Assembly: GCA_034927635.1 (NCBI GenBank)
Contig: JAYFPP010000215.1
Span: 6,868-70,867 of the forward strand
Length of the DNA: 64,000 nucleotides
Reading direction: 5' to 3'
Source: Paludibacter sp.
Lineage (GTDB): Bacteria > Bacteroidota > Bacteroidia > Bacteroidales > Paludibacteraceae
Shown here piece by piece: positions 48,449 through 58,276 of this stretch (the stretch's first letter is position 1; each line of letters starts with the position of its first letter). A program made the position numbers and the translations under genes. The notes under the pieces were generated by a model. It saw nothing but the letters and a program-made list of their open reading frames with translations. It was not told the DNA's origin and did no database searches.

Positions 48449-50033
48449 CAAAAAGGGACAATTGATCATTTTGATTAATTGTCTCTTTTTCTTTTTGATC
48501 ATATTCATTTGGCTTACAGCACCTTAACGATACAAATTGATTAATCGACAGAGGTTCAATGTTGCCAACTTCTTTATTAAAAACAAAACCCATGGGATGA
48601 ATAACCTTCTGTATTCTCTTCTTCTCCCCAAGATCCGCTAACTCCCATATTTTGAGCATATTATTCCTGTATTTCAATCCATAATCTATGTATTTGGGTA
48701 GGTTCAATGACATATCATTAACCTTTTGCAATTCAGTCTCAATTATTTCTTTTTCATTTTCCAAATCAGCCAATTTCCTTGTGCAAGCTTCAACTTGTCT
48801 TTGATTGTTTGCAAAAGCCAAGTTGTCCTCAACTTGTTTAATATAACCTTCAACACTCGATAATTTACGCTTCAATAATGTCAGTTGCTCTGAGTCATTC
48901 TTTGTCATATAGGAAAAAGTTTTCTTCATTTGAATTTTCAATAGTTCTGTCAACTCACTTGACAATCCATAACTATTCAATATATCTTTATAAGATTGAT
49001 GAATATTCTTTGCAGCATTGTTTTGCTTACAACCTTTATTCCAACAAACATAATAATAAATCTCTTTATCGTATTTCTTTTTCATTTTAGTAGATATGGA
49101 GGCAGTCATATTTCGTCTACAGATTGGACATTTAATAGACCCAAGTAATGGTACCTCTGGTTTATACATTTTTACTTCATAGCCATTTGAATGACTAATA
49201 TCCAACAGTCCATTTGCTTTCAAAAAAATATCTTCACTTACAATTGCAGGATGATTTCCTTTAATTATCTCTCCTTTTAAAAAGTTATGACTCATGTATC
49301 CTGCATAGAATGGATTTTTGAAGAGTTCTGATAGCTTCTGCTTGTTTATGATGAAACCTAATTTTTCAAGTTTAATTCTGATTTCTTCATTACTAAGGTT
49401 CTGATTTACTTTCCAGTCGAAAGCCAGTTTAATCTTCTCCCCCTCTTCATTAATTGTAATTACTTGTTCCTTCTTCGTAGTTTTTTGATCATAACCCCTT
49501 GGTGCTTTGGCAATCCATCGTCCTTTTCTCAGTGCAGCAATGCTGTTGTCGATTGTAGTGTTTCTTTTAATATCATTATCTAATCTCGCAGTAGCAAGCT
49601 CCATATTCTGAATAAACTTTCCTTGTGCAGTTTTTGGGTCATAATTAGAGGTTGCAGATCGAACTTGTGCTCCTCTTTTTTCAACTTCTTCAATAATTGT
49701 TGTACTACCTGTACGGCTAAAACGGCTTGTCGAGTATACAATTACTGCTTTAATTGGTATTCTTGAATTATTGAGATAAGCAATCATTTTTGAAAACTCC
49801 TTTCTCTCTTTATCCGATTTGGCACTCTCAAATGTTCCTCCGAACCGTTCCAAAACTGTCATTCCAAGTTTTTCAGCATATTGTTCGCATTTTTCCATTT
49901 GCGTATTCAGGCTTTGACCATCCAACTGTTCCTTTGAGCTTACTCTATTATATATTATACAATATCCCCCAGCTTCCTCTTGTTCTTGAAACTTTCCCTT
50001 TGCAAATTTCTTTAGTTTATCATTCATAGTCAT
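48414..50033 (-). CDS. Large serine recombinase (integrase)
   Basis: [11 protein letters not shown] (catalytic Ser), ESAK, SRFSR, recombinase domain PRGY, Zn ribbon CPIC...YYVC...C, coiled coil. Confidence 0.93.
   Translation of the reverse strand: MTMNDKLKKFAKGKFQEQEEAGGYCIIYNRVSSKEQLDGQSLNTQMEKCEQYAEKLGMTVLERFGGTFESAKSDKERKEFSKMIAYLNNSRIPIKAVIVYSTSRFSRTGSTTIIEEVEKRGAQVRSATSNYDPKTAQGKFIQNMELATARLDNDIKRNTTIDNSIAALRKGRWIAKAPRGYDQKTTKKEQVITINEEGEKIKLAFDWKVNQNLSNEEIRIKLEKLGFIINKQKLSELFKNPFYAGYMSHNFLKGEIIKGNHPAIVSEDIFLKANGLLDISHSNGYEVKMYKPEVPLLGSIKCPICRRNMTASISTKMKKKYDKEIYYYVCWNKGCKQNNAAKNIHQSYKDILNSYGLSSELTELLKIQMKKTFSYMTKNDSEQLTLLKRKLSSVEGYIKQVEDNLAFANNQRQVEACTRKLADLENEKEIIETELQKVNDMSLNLPKYIDYGLKYRNNMLKIWELADLGEKKRIQKVIHPMGFVFNKEVGNIEPLSINQFVSLRCCKPNEYDQKEKETINQNDQLSLFVPEAGLEPAQP
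48451..48489 (+). terminator. Terminator for the tRNA transcript, lying inside the recombinase CDS
   Basis: AAAAGGGACAATTGATCA-TTT-TGATTAATTGTCTCTTTT; its two G-T wobbles pair only in plus-strand RNA. Confidence 0.75.
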
Positions 50034-50215
50034 TCATTGAGTTTGTTTTTAAAAGCTTTATATACAATAACTGAATAATCCCATATGAATTCAATTAGAG
50101 TTTCGATTTCTTCCTCATTTAAATCAGCAAATTGAGGCTGATTAATAATGTCCTGCTTTGTTAGCTTGTTTTGTAGATAAACTTCATAATAAACATCCCT
50201 TTCATCATTATACAT
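50030..50215 (-). CDS. Small acidic protein translationally coupled to the recombinase
   Basis: 61-aa ORF; its TGA overlaps the recombinase ATG (ATGA); upstream TACTTTTG at 50362-50369. Confidence 0.65.
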   Translation of the reverse strand: MYNDERDVYYEVYLQNKLTKQDIINQPQFADLNEEEIETLIEFIWDYSVIVYKAFKNKLNE

Positions 50216-50439
50216 TAAAATTGGATTTCTTTTTGTCCCGAAGAAAAAACACTCATTTTTAAGTGTCTAAATATTATAGTTAGAAAAAACTCAAATGTTT
50301 GTTTTTACAATACTATTAATCCAATCAAAATATTTAATATACTATATTTCATGATGTTATACAAAAGTACTATTTTCAGATGAGTTATTAATATGGAATA
50401 GATCATTTATCAACAACATAATATATCTTGCATAAATAA

Positions 50440-50472
50440 AAAAAACTACAGAATTAATTTCTGTAGTTTTTT
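50440..50472 (-). terminator. Terminator after the NADAR operon
   Basis: AAAAAACTACAGAA-N5-TTCTGTAGTTTTTT. Confidence 0.75.
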
Positions 50473-50499
50473 CATTTAAAGACACAAATCATTACAAAA

Positions 50500-50994
50500 T
50501 CAATTAATCAACAATACCCCCAAATCAAAAAACTTTCGTTCATTCAATTTGCTACGAAGTCTGTTCAGGTGTCCTATGAACTCTTTTCTGGTTAATAAGG
50601 TTTTGTCTTTTGCTGTTTTACCAATTCTATGAGTCAGTTTCGAATCACCGGATTCTTTCAATGCTTGTTTGAAATCTTCATTTGTAAATAATGCATCAAA
50701 AGCATTAGTGATTAAGTCTTCATACTCCGATGAGTGTCGTTTTATTATTTTATCTTTATAATAAACCTCCTGTTTTTCGTACCAGCTGAACTTATGACCC
50801 TTGTACCATGAGTCCAGACCGTAAGTTAGATACAGTTTTTGTTTTTCATTAAAATCATGTGTTCGTAAACTTCCAAAGAATGCTTCCATAGAAGCATAGC
50901 TTATACCATCAAAATCGAACTGGTATGGGTAAAGGTTGGATAAACTTTTTTCGAGGTTTTCACCCCTGAAGTGAATGTCAATTATATTTGTCAT
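50500..50994 (-). CDS. Phage T4 gp30.3-like NADAR family protein
   Basis: LSNLYPYQFDFDGISYASMEAFFGSLR...FKQALKESGDSKLTH.IG...KTLLTRKEFIGHLNRLR matches my recollection of the gp30.3 pattern (SNF...F..DG......EGFLQG.K...FRDAL..S....L.H......TILT..EF...L..LR). Confidence 0.72.
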   Translation of the reverse strand: MTNIIDIHFRGENLEKSLSNLYPYQFDFDGISYASMEAFFGSLRTHDFNEKQKLYLTYGLDSWYKGHKFSWYEKQEVYYKDKIIKRHSSEYEDLITNAFDALFTNEDFKQALKESGDSKLTHRIGKTAKDKTLLTRKEFIGHLNRLRSKLNERKFFDLGVLLIN

Positions 50995-51067
50995 ATTTTA
51001 CACTATTATTTTTTATTTATATAGTGCAGAATTTAGATGAAGTTGAATTAAAAGGTAATGAATTTTA

Positions 51068-52993
51068 TTACGATTGATAATTGACAACGCGATAATCTAA
51101 TCCAAGTCTTTTACATTTTCCGATTAACTGTCTAGACCCTTTACTTTCCCCATCCCAAAAGATAATAGCAGCGTTTGCATATTCTGCCATTTGGGTATTT
51201 CTAACGTGTCCCGCACCTCTACCCAATGACCAATCAGGTTTCATTATCTTAAGTAAATATCCTCTTTCATTAGCATAGCGTTCACCTTAAGTATCTGCTC
51301 CATTCGCACCTCCTGATACGATTTCAATATTAGTTTCACCTGTAAGAAAGTTATCACATTCATTACATAATAATTCGTAATCATCAAATTCACGACCACC
51401 TGCAATAATTACTTTCGTAGTAGTTTGATTGTGGAATCTATATTTGACCTGATTGTTCTCAACATAAATTTCTATTTTTTCCCCGAACCAAAATATATTT
51501 GAATGATTCAATAATTCAAAATTAATAGGTGGAATTGTATTTTGCAATAAAGCAAGTTGACACAGTTTTAAACACTTACCTGTCAAGTTCCGACCTTCCC
51601 ATGTACCAATATTATTTATCCGATTATGAAGTAATTGCTCTCCCTTCTCAAAAGTTGCATTTACATTTACCCCCTCCTGCAACAATCTTTTGATTAATTG
51701 CTTGTTTTTTGCAACTCTCAAACTCTTCAAAGTGCTATTTTTAGCTCCCCAAACCTGAGTAGTTCCACCAACTGGCATAAAACTGGTGTCTTCTATTATA
51801 TGAGCATCAATTGGTACCTGCTCAAGCATTTTTCTAAAATCATCATTACTATTTACCTTTTCCCACAATACCATAAGCATCCAATTGACATTGAATGTTT
51901 CCCAATCTTGACGAATATGATTGAAGGGTTCAATTGTTCTATTATTACCTCTGTATGTCTTCTTAAGTATATATCCTCCACCTTTAAAATTGGAGATTTC
52001 ATTCATAATCTCTACTGAACGAATATCTGGATTTGAATAACAACCTACCACATAAGCACTCTCGCTATCATTGAACTGTTTGTCAAATAAAATCATCGGA
52101 CATTTCACCATGTTACCAAAGTTTAGGAATTTTCCATTTCGGGTATCACCGTTATTCCGAAAAGACCAACAATTCTCTTTGCTTCCATCCAAAGAAGTCC
52201 ATTCATTGAGATTCAGATAATCCAGATTAAAATTGTTACCATTTTCAATAAAAGATTGTGATACATGATCTTTCTCTTCTATGTCAACAAGAACTTCATT
52301 GATAACATTATTCAGATGAGTATCATTGATTTTCCTTCTTTCAAAATTATCAATATAATGATATAGGTTCTGAATATCTATAATTGAATTTATTGTAAAT
52401 GTCTCACCATCTATTGACACGAGACCTCTGAATACAACTTCATGGTTCTGTTCAAAGAAAGCTCTTATATCAACATTCAGTATGTTTGCTAATAATTCAA
52501 GTTTCTCCAAACCAGGGTGATTATCCAATGAATTATCCAAATTTTGTTTGGTTGTATTGACAACCTTCAGTACATCCTTTATTCCAAGTCCTTTACTTGA
52601 AAGAATTTCATAAAACCGAACTTTTATTGAAGTTAGTGGTTGATTATTCGCAACTTCAGGTTGTGCAACTAATTTTTCAAGAAATAATTTCAGCTTATCT
52701 AAGTCAAAGAATGAACTTGTTTTTTGTTTTTTATGGATTTCTATTGTGATATATCCATATATTTCATTCTTTCTTTTGAAAAGTTCTCCAGGTTCGACAT
52801 TCAGACATTTAGCAATTCGATTAAGTGTTCTTAATGTTGGGTTGGCATTCAAACTATTATATAAATTCCCTTGTGTCAAGTAATTTTTTTTACCCATTTT
52901 CTTCCCTTCTTTAAGGTTGATTTTTCTAGCTAAATCAGTTAAAGTCATTTCTTTAACTTTAAGGAGTTCTTCTATTCTTAGATTTTTATTCAT
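51068..52993 (-). pseudogene. HTH-HTH-NADAR-SLOG(YspA/DUF2493-like) fusion interrupted by an in-frame TAA at 51287-51289
   Basis: Two XRE HTHs (NPTLRTLNRIAKCLNV, HPGLEKLELLANILNV); NADAR motifs (FGNM, SESAY, DWE, IIED...VWG, GRNLTGKCL); then KVIIAGGREF...IVSGGANGADT*GERYA...RNTQMAEYA...FWDGESKG, 72 further codons ending at TAA 51068. The 568-aa truncated product may still be made. Confidence 0.8.
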
Positions 52994-53112
52994 AAAATTA
53001 AATTTTGCTGTAAATATACCATTAATTAATCATATATAATTATTATATATCATTTGGAAATTTAAAACAACATCAAATCACTTATAGTCTAAATGCACTA
53101 AGGGTTCATTTA

Positions 53113-53442
53113 TTATCGAATTACAACTTGAGAAATCAATTTGAAATTTTCTGAATAATAATCAGGAAATCTCTGAATAAGTTTTCTTTCAATATTTGTT
53201 GACCTTCCAATAGTGATTATGTTCATTGAGTTTCCCTCATTTGAATATAACTCCCATGTCTTTTTATATTTCCAGACGAAGTAGTAACCTGATTTTGTAA
53301 AGACATTTGGATGTGGATTCACAATTTCTTTAATTGGTTTCATATCTGAAAATTTAAGAATCTGACTTTCATTAAATCTGCTCTTAACTGCATTTTCAAT
53401 TATCGCAACATGATTAAATGCTCCAACAGCATAATATCGCAT
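53113..53442 (-). CDS. Hypothetical protein (may extend 5' through a frameshift)
   Basis: 109-aa ORF; the frame is open upstream without an ATG. Confidence 0.5.
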   Translation of the reverse strand: MRYYAVGAFNHVAIIENAVKSRFNESQILKFSDMKPIKEIVNPHPNVFTKSGYYFVWKYKKTWELYSNEGNSMNIITIGRSTNIERKLIQRFPDYYSENFKLISQVVIR

Positions 53443-53591
53443 TATTGAAGCAATATTATGTTCTGGAGTATCCAGTCGGTTAGAGAAACTACGACCAAGT
53501 TTTCGAATTAATTGATATAATGTTTTTTTGACATGTGCTGCAATGCAACTTTTGTTGTGCTTGATTTTAATGTGTACATTCCTTTCATAAT

Positions 53592-53942
53592 TTATTTTTT
53601 AATTGTTTTTATTGAATTGTTTATTTCGATTGTAATTGAATATCTTTTCATATAACGATCAAAGTACTGAGGAGCATTAATAGTAATATCATAATTACCT
53701 TCAATAATTCTAATCCAGCTTGCCCAATTATATTCGTCCCCACCAAAGTTTGTTTGTGTTGCATGATTTCTTGCAATAGAATAGAATTCATGTATTTGGT
53801 CCCTGTTAAGACTTTCGATATAATACACAACCGTATCACCATATACTGCTGCGTGATTTGCAATATACCGTCCAAATAATTTGATGTTCGGTCTTTCACC
53901 AACTCCATTTTCACTGTCTGTTTCTTTAATAATTTGTTTCAT
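53592..53942 (-). CDS. Hypothetical protein
   Basis: 116-aa ORF co-oriented with neighbours, A-rich leader. Confidence 0.65.
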   Translation of the reverse strand: MKQIIKETDSENGVGERPNIKLFGRYIANHAAVYGDTVVYYIESLNRDQIHEFYSIARNHATQTNFGGDEYNWASWIRIIEGNYDITINAPQYFDRYMKRYSITIEINNSIKTIKK

Positions 53943-54081
53943 AAATTCTTGCTTTTAAATTGTTTGTAATAATAAGGAAGTAAGATTTCCCTACTCCCTG
54001 TTGTCTGCAAGGGAGTTCAATGATATCACAATTTATTGATACCCCGAGTGAGACGTTTAATGTATTAAGTCGGTAGTTCTG

Positions 54082-54915
54082 TCAAATCAAGCTCTTGTAT
54101 TCATTAAACCCATAAATCCAGAATTTATCAACTTCTTCCTTCATTTCTTGATAGTTACCCAATTCTATAATCTTATAAAATTTCTTTCGCTCATCCCAAT
54201 TAATGACATTATCTGGATTTAATCCGAAATCATTCAGGTTTTCATCAGGGTCAATCCCAACTGCAAAGAATAATTCTCCGTCAATCTCCCCAATATCAGG
54301 AAAATTGTAATCAATAAATTCAGACATTCCATTTCCAAGATATTTCATATTTACCCCCGAAATACCATTATCAACCAATACATAATTTTGGTTATATCTT
54401 AATATCGTATACGAATGAAAAGGTGGTCTTGTATCTATCATGAAATCCAACCTTATAAATAAATTGGGATGATCTATTGATAGAAATTCTACAAAATCAG
54501 AAATTCCTTCAGAAATTCGGAACTCACAATGATACAATGTATCTTTGATTATACGATTTTTCGAATCTTCGATTTCAAATCCTGATCCCCAATTTAGAAC
54601 GCACCAATCGTAGATTTGATATTCCCCAAACTCATCTTTCAATTCTTTACGTAATTGATTGTATTCTTGTTCGTTTTGACCGTTTTTATCTACGATTTCA
54701 ATAGATTCTTTACCGTTGCTACACCTTCTAAAAACCTTTTTGACTGGTTCAAATGACGAATCAAGATCATATTTCTTTATTTCTTCAGGAATCGGATAAA
54801 ACTTTTCCAACCTGAAATCCGAATCACCTTCTGAATTTAAGATTGAATAGAATTTATCCATATCCTCCTTACTCCCTTTAATTGTAATTAAATGATAATA
54901 TGTATTTCCTGACAT
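54082..54915 (-). CDS. YubB/DUF1281-like ferredoxin-fold protein
   Basis: N-terminal ITIKGS, FRLEKFYPIPEE and YDWCVLNWGS resemble the DUF1281 F....P.P and YDW...NWGTKW motifs. Confidence 0.55.
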   Translation of the reverse strand: MSGNTYYHLITIKGSKEDMDKFYSILNSEGDSDFRLEKFYPIPEEIKKYDLDSSFEPVKKVFRRCSNGKESIEIVDKNGQNEQEYNQLRKELKDEFGEYQIYDWCVLNWGSGFEIEDSKNRIIKDTLYHCEFRISEGISDFVEFLSIDHPNLFIRLDFMIDTRPPFHSYTILRYNQNYVLVDNGISGVNMKYLGNGMSEFIDYNFPDIGEIDGELFFAVGIDPDENLNDFGLNPDNVINWDERKKFYKIIELGNYQEMKEEVDKFWIYGFNEYKSLI

Positions 54916-55106
54916 AATATTTCCTTTCTTTTTAAATTTATTATTGTTTTATTTCTTGTTGAAAAACCGTTTATCCACCTATTGCAAATCCAACATATCA
55001 TATGTATTTATGATAAATCCTATTCACCTCTATGGATAATCCTTATATTCTTCAAATTTATATTTTATAAGTGCTTATTTATTAATTTCAAATCTCAATT
55101 ATTAAT

Positions 55107-55317
55107 CAAATGAAATTATTATATTCCATAACTATCAGATAGAAATTTCAAACAAAAAAGGTGTATCCATTTTGGACACACCTTCAGAACCGTGTATATT
55201 ACACGACTTACAAGTCTATCCATTTTTGTCTGAATTTTTTTTACTATTCATTTTCACTTTAATTTCACTTGTTCATGACCTAGGATTTGAACAAGTAGAA
55301 TTTATTATTGACCAATT
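55107..55317 (-). ncRNA. Candidate structured RNA/regulatory element, copy 1
   Basis: ~210-nt direct repeat of 56151-56361 with several hairpins and a terminator. Confidence 0.55.
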
Positions 55318-55358
55318 CTATTAGTCATTGCTTATTCAATCTGTCGACTGAATATTTT

Positions 55359-55949
55359 TTAAAATATATCTGATAATCTACCTTCTTTTATCTGTTTAGC
55401 ACTTTTATCAGCAACATAATTGTGATATTCATTCATTTTTAGAATATCTTCTATTGTTAGATTGTCGTTTATTTTGGTCTTATCTACTAAATAATAAATA
55501 GAACCAAAAATTATTTTATCAGATATCAAAATGATATTTTGACCAAACATAGGATTGAATATTTTGACCTTTTCAAATCCAATAAAATATTTCCACATGT
55601 CAATTAACTCTTCATTCAATTTACCACAATGATAAAATAATGAATTACGAACTCTTTTTAAATCCTTTTTATTTTTAGGATATAAAGTTGAAACATTCTT
55701 ATAAAATGAAACCATAATGTTGTCATTTACAGCATTAAACATAATACTTTTTTCTAAGTTAAATTTAGCTACTTTTATTCCACCTAATTCTGTAAGAATA
55801 TCCTTTAGCGTTACGTTTAAACCGATGGTTTTCACTGTTTTTTCGTTTGAACTATCATCACAAAATTCAATTTTGCATGTTTCGATATTTCCGCTTGACA
55901 ATTTGTCATTTGTACCCATAGTACTACATAATAAGTTTAATTTTTTCAT
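55359..55949 (-). CDS. Hypothetical protein
   Basis: 196-aa ORF lying between the two repeat copies. Confidence 0.7.
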   Translation of the reverse strand: MKKLNLLCSTMGTNDKLSSGNIETCKIEFCDDSSNEKTVKTIGLNVTLKDILTELGGIKVAKFNLEKSIMFNAVNDNIMVSFYKNVSTLYPKNKKDLKRVRNSLFYHCGKLNEELIDMWKYFIGFEKVKIFNPMFGQNIILISDKIIFGSIYYLVDKTKINDNLTIEDILKMNEYHNYVADKSAKQIKEGRLSDIF

Positions 55950-56150
55950 TTACAAATTTTTTATATTGATTAAAAACGATTGTCTTTTATTTGAAGGTGC
56001 ACAACCATTTACACCTTATCATTTTAATTATTATATCATCATGACATGATATAGGTTATGGTACTTAAATCTATGTGAAATAATCTGATTCTTTATATTT
56101 GTTGTTTACCATAGGTCTTTTGTCTTAATGTTCTTATATTTATTACATAT

Positions 56151-56361
56151 CAAATGATATTATTATATATCATAGTCTTCAGGTAGAAATTTCAAATAAA
56201 AAAGGTGCGTCCACCATGGACACACCTTCAGAACCGTGTATATTACACGACTTACAAGTCTATCCATTTTCATTTAAAATTTCTTTTTTTACAGTTCATT
56301 TTCTTGCAATTTTACTTGTTCAAGACTCGGGATTTGTACAAGTAGAATTTATTGACCAATT
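56151..56361 (-). ncRNA. Candidate structured RNA/regulatory element, copy 2
   Basis: Offset 1044 from copy 1; 54-nt identical core (56217-56270 = 55173-55226). Confidence 0.55.
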
Positions 56362-56479
56362 TGCATGCTGGTCGTAGATTATTCTATCTATCGAAAGAAT
56401 AAATCCTTTTACTTGTTAATTATATTCGTTTATGATAAACAATACAGAATTATCATATACAATAATTGACTTACTATCT

Positions 56480-56926
56480 TCAATGTAGATTAAACCTTAA
56501 ATTTTGAATTGGGTCTTCATATACAATTGAATTGATAATGTCAGTTTTTGAAATAACTGAAAACAGATTATTTTCAGTATTAATCCACTTCTTTACCACT
56601 TTCATAGTTCTTTCAACTACATTTTCAAATTTCACTGACTTTACAGTATCTACCACTTCTTCAATGACTTCATTTATCTTTTTACTAAAAGTTGATTTTA
56701 CAGTATCCCTATACAATCTTTTCAGTTCAAAAGAAGAAATCTTTGCATACATTACATTACCTTGAAACATACATTTAATCAAAGAAAAGATTTCAGTATA
56801 ATTCTTTACATTAGTGATTTCACACACGATTTCACCAGAATAAGATATTGTTACTATCTTATCGAATTGTCTAATTTCACAATCAGTTATTTTATACGTG
56901 ATTTTTGAAGTAATTCTTTTTTTCAT
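56480..56926 (-). CDS. Hypothetical protein
   Basis: 148-aa ORF co-oriented with neighbours. Confidence 0.65.
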   Translation of the reverse strand: MKKRITSKITYKITDCEIRQFDKIVTISYSGEIVCEITNVKNYTEIFSLIKCMFQGNVMYAKISSFELKRLYRDTVKSTFSKKINEVIEEVVDTVKSVKFENVVERTMKVVKKWINTENNLFSVISKTDIINSIVYEDPIQNLRFNLH

Positions 56927-57388
56927 ACTATTCTAATTTTAGTTATTAATATTCGTTTTTACCTTATATCCTATTGTTTTCAAAAAGTTGATGTTTCATA
57001 AATATTATTTTCAAAAAAATAGGGATACAAGTTTCTTTTTCAAACCGTATCCCTAGCTGTTGACCCATAATTGTGTCAATTCTATCCCGGTTCATATGTA
57101 AATTTATTATGAATCATTTTACTGAACATTAATCACTTACAATTAAGCAATTATGCATTCTTCTGATTTCATACTAACATTTTCATTCAATATCAATAGT
57201 TTTAAAAGTTTGTAAAAGCATCCCAGGTGGACTATCACAGTTGATCTGGGATTTTAATAATTAATAAATAATTAAACACAATTCTTAAGCTTGTGGGCCC
57301 CTGTCATTTCTCTGACAAGGGCACGTTATTTTTGTATGTATTATACAGATATATTCTGTATACTTATTGTCTAAATAAATAAATATTA

Positions 57389-58180
57389 TTATCCCTTTAA
57401 CTTTTCATTCTGTTTTGAAAACACAATAAAACTGAACAGGAAATTTAAATCTATGTCAGTTGTTATTGTGACTTCTTTGTTATTGTAATTAGTATAATAT
57501 ATTGTATTAGAATTATCATTTTCATCTGGACGACTATACAATTTTAATTCAAATCTATTTAATAGTTTATTTACTGAAGTTCTGAATCTTTCTAATATTT
57601 TTTCATTATCTTCATTATGTTCTTCATTATAAATAAATGATTCTTTATTATCAATAAATTGATGAACTATGAAATTAACATGTTCATTAACGATTTTCAC
57701 TTTACGATCCTTATCATCGTACCAAAATCCACGTAAATTAAAATAGATATCATTACTGTTATTATTGTTTTTTTCGCTTTTATGATTTTGCTGTACAACT
57801 GAAAATCCTTTTCTATTCATAAAATTATCAATTATTAAAATATGTTTTTCAAGATCTAAACGTTTATCAGCAATTTCATATACTATTTCATATGTTTTTT
57901 TCTTATTTTCTGAAACATAATACTTTAAAATGTCATTCACTTTTACCCAAAATTTTATTATAAAAGTTAACCATAAATCATAACCAAATTTTAGAAAATC
58001 AACACATATATCTTTCTTTTCAATATCATTAATAAAGGAATCAAAATCAATATTTCTTAGCATTTCAAAATTGATTAATTCAATTAAAGAATCAGATTTT
58101 AAACGAGAACTTTCTTCATTATTTATAATCGTCAAAACTTTTTGTTTCAATCCTTCAATTTCAGTCAACTTATTATTCAT
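57389..58180 (-). CDS. Hypothetical protein
   Basis: 263-aa ORF with a canonical promoter upstream. Confidence 0.7.
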   Translation of the reverse strand: MNNKLTEIEGLKQKVLTIINNEESSRLKSDSLIELINFEMLRNIDFDSFINDIEKKDICVDFLKFGYDLWLTFIIKFWVKVNDILKYYVSENKKKTYEIVYEIADKRLDLEKHILIIDNFMNRKGFSVVQQNHKSEKNNNNSNDIYFNLRGFWYDDKDRKVKIVNEHVNFIVHQFIDNKESFIYNEEHNEDNEKILERFRTSVNKLLNRFELKLYSRPDENDNSNTIYYTNYNNKEVTITTDIDLNFLFSFIVFSKQNEKLKG

Positions 58181-58244
58181 AATTTTTTCTTTTTTAATTT
58201 ACTATACTTTTATTATTTGTATACATTATATTGTAATTACGAAA

Positions 58245-58276
58245 CAAAGATAATACAAAAAATATTAATATGCAAA
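58245..58276 (-). promoter_or_regulatory. Canonical Bacteroidetes promoter TTTG-N20-TATCTTTG
   Basis: caaa at 58273-58276 and caaagata at 58245-58252 on the plus strand. Confidence 0.75.

Noticed and set aside
55280-55310. AAATTCTACTTGT resembling a Cas12a direct repeat (solitary repeat/RNA anti-CRISPR idea)
   Set aside because: The complementary GTAGA arm needed for the Cas12a stem is absent in both copies.
55119-56267. Paired 34-aa ORFs in the duplicated element (55119-55223 MDRLVSRVIYTVLKVCPKWIHLFCLKFLSDSYGI; 56163-56267 ...CPWWTHLFYLKFLPEDYDI) as type I toxin or leader peptides
   Set aside because: Every codon that differs between the copies is non-synonymous and the ORF runs through the terminator, so selection appears to be on RNA structure. 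Ribosome profiling could revive it.
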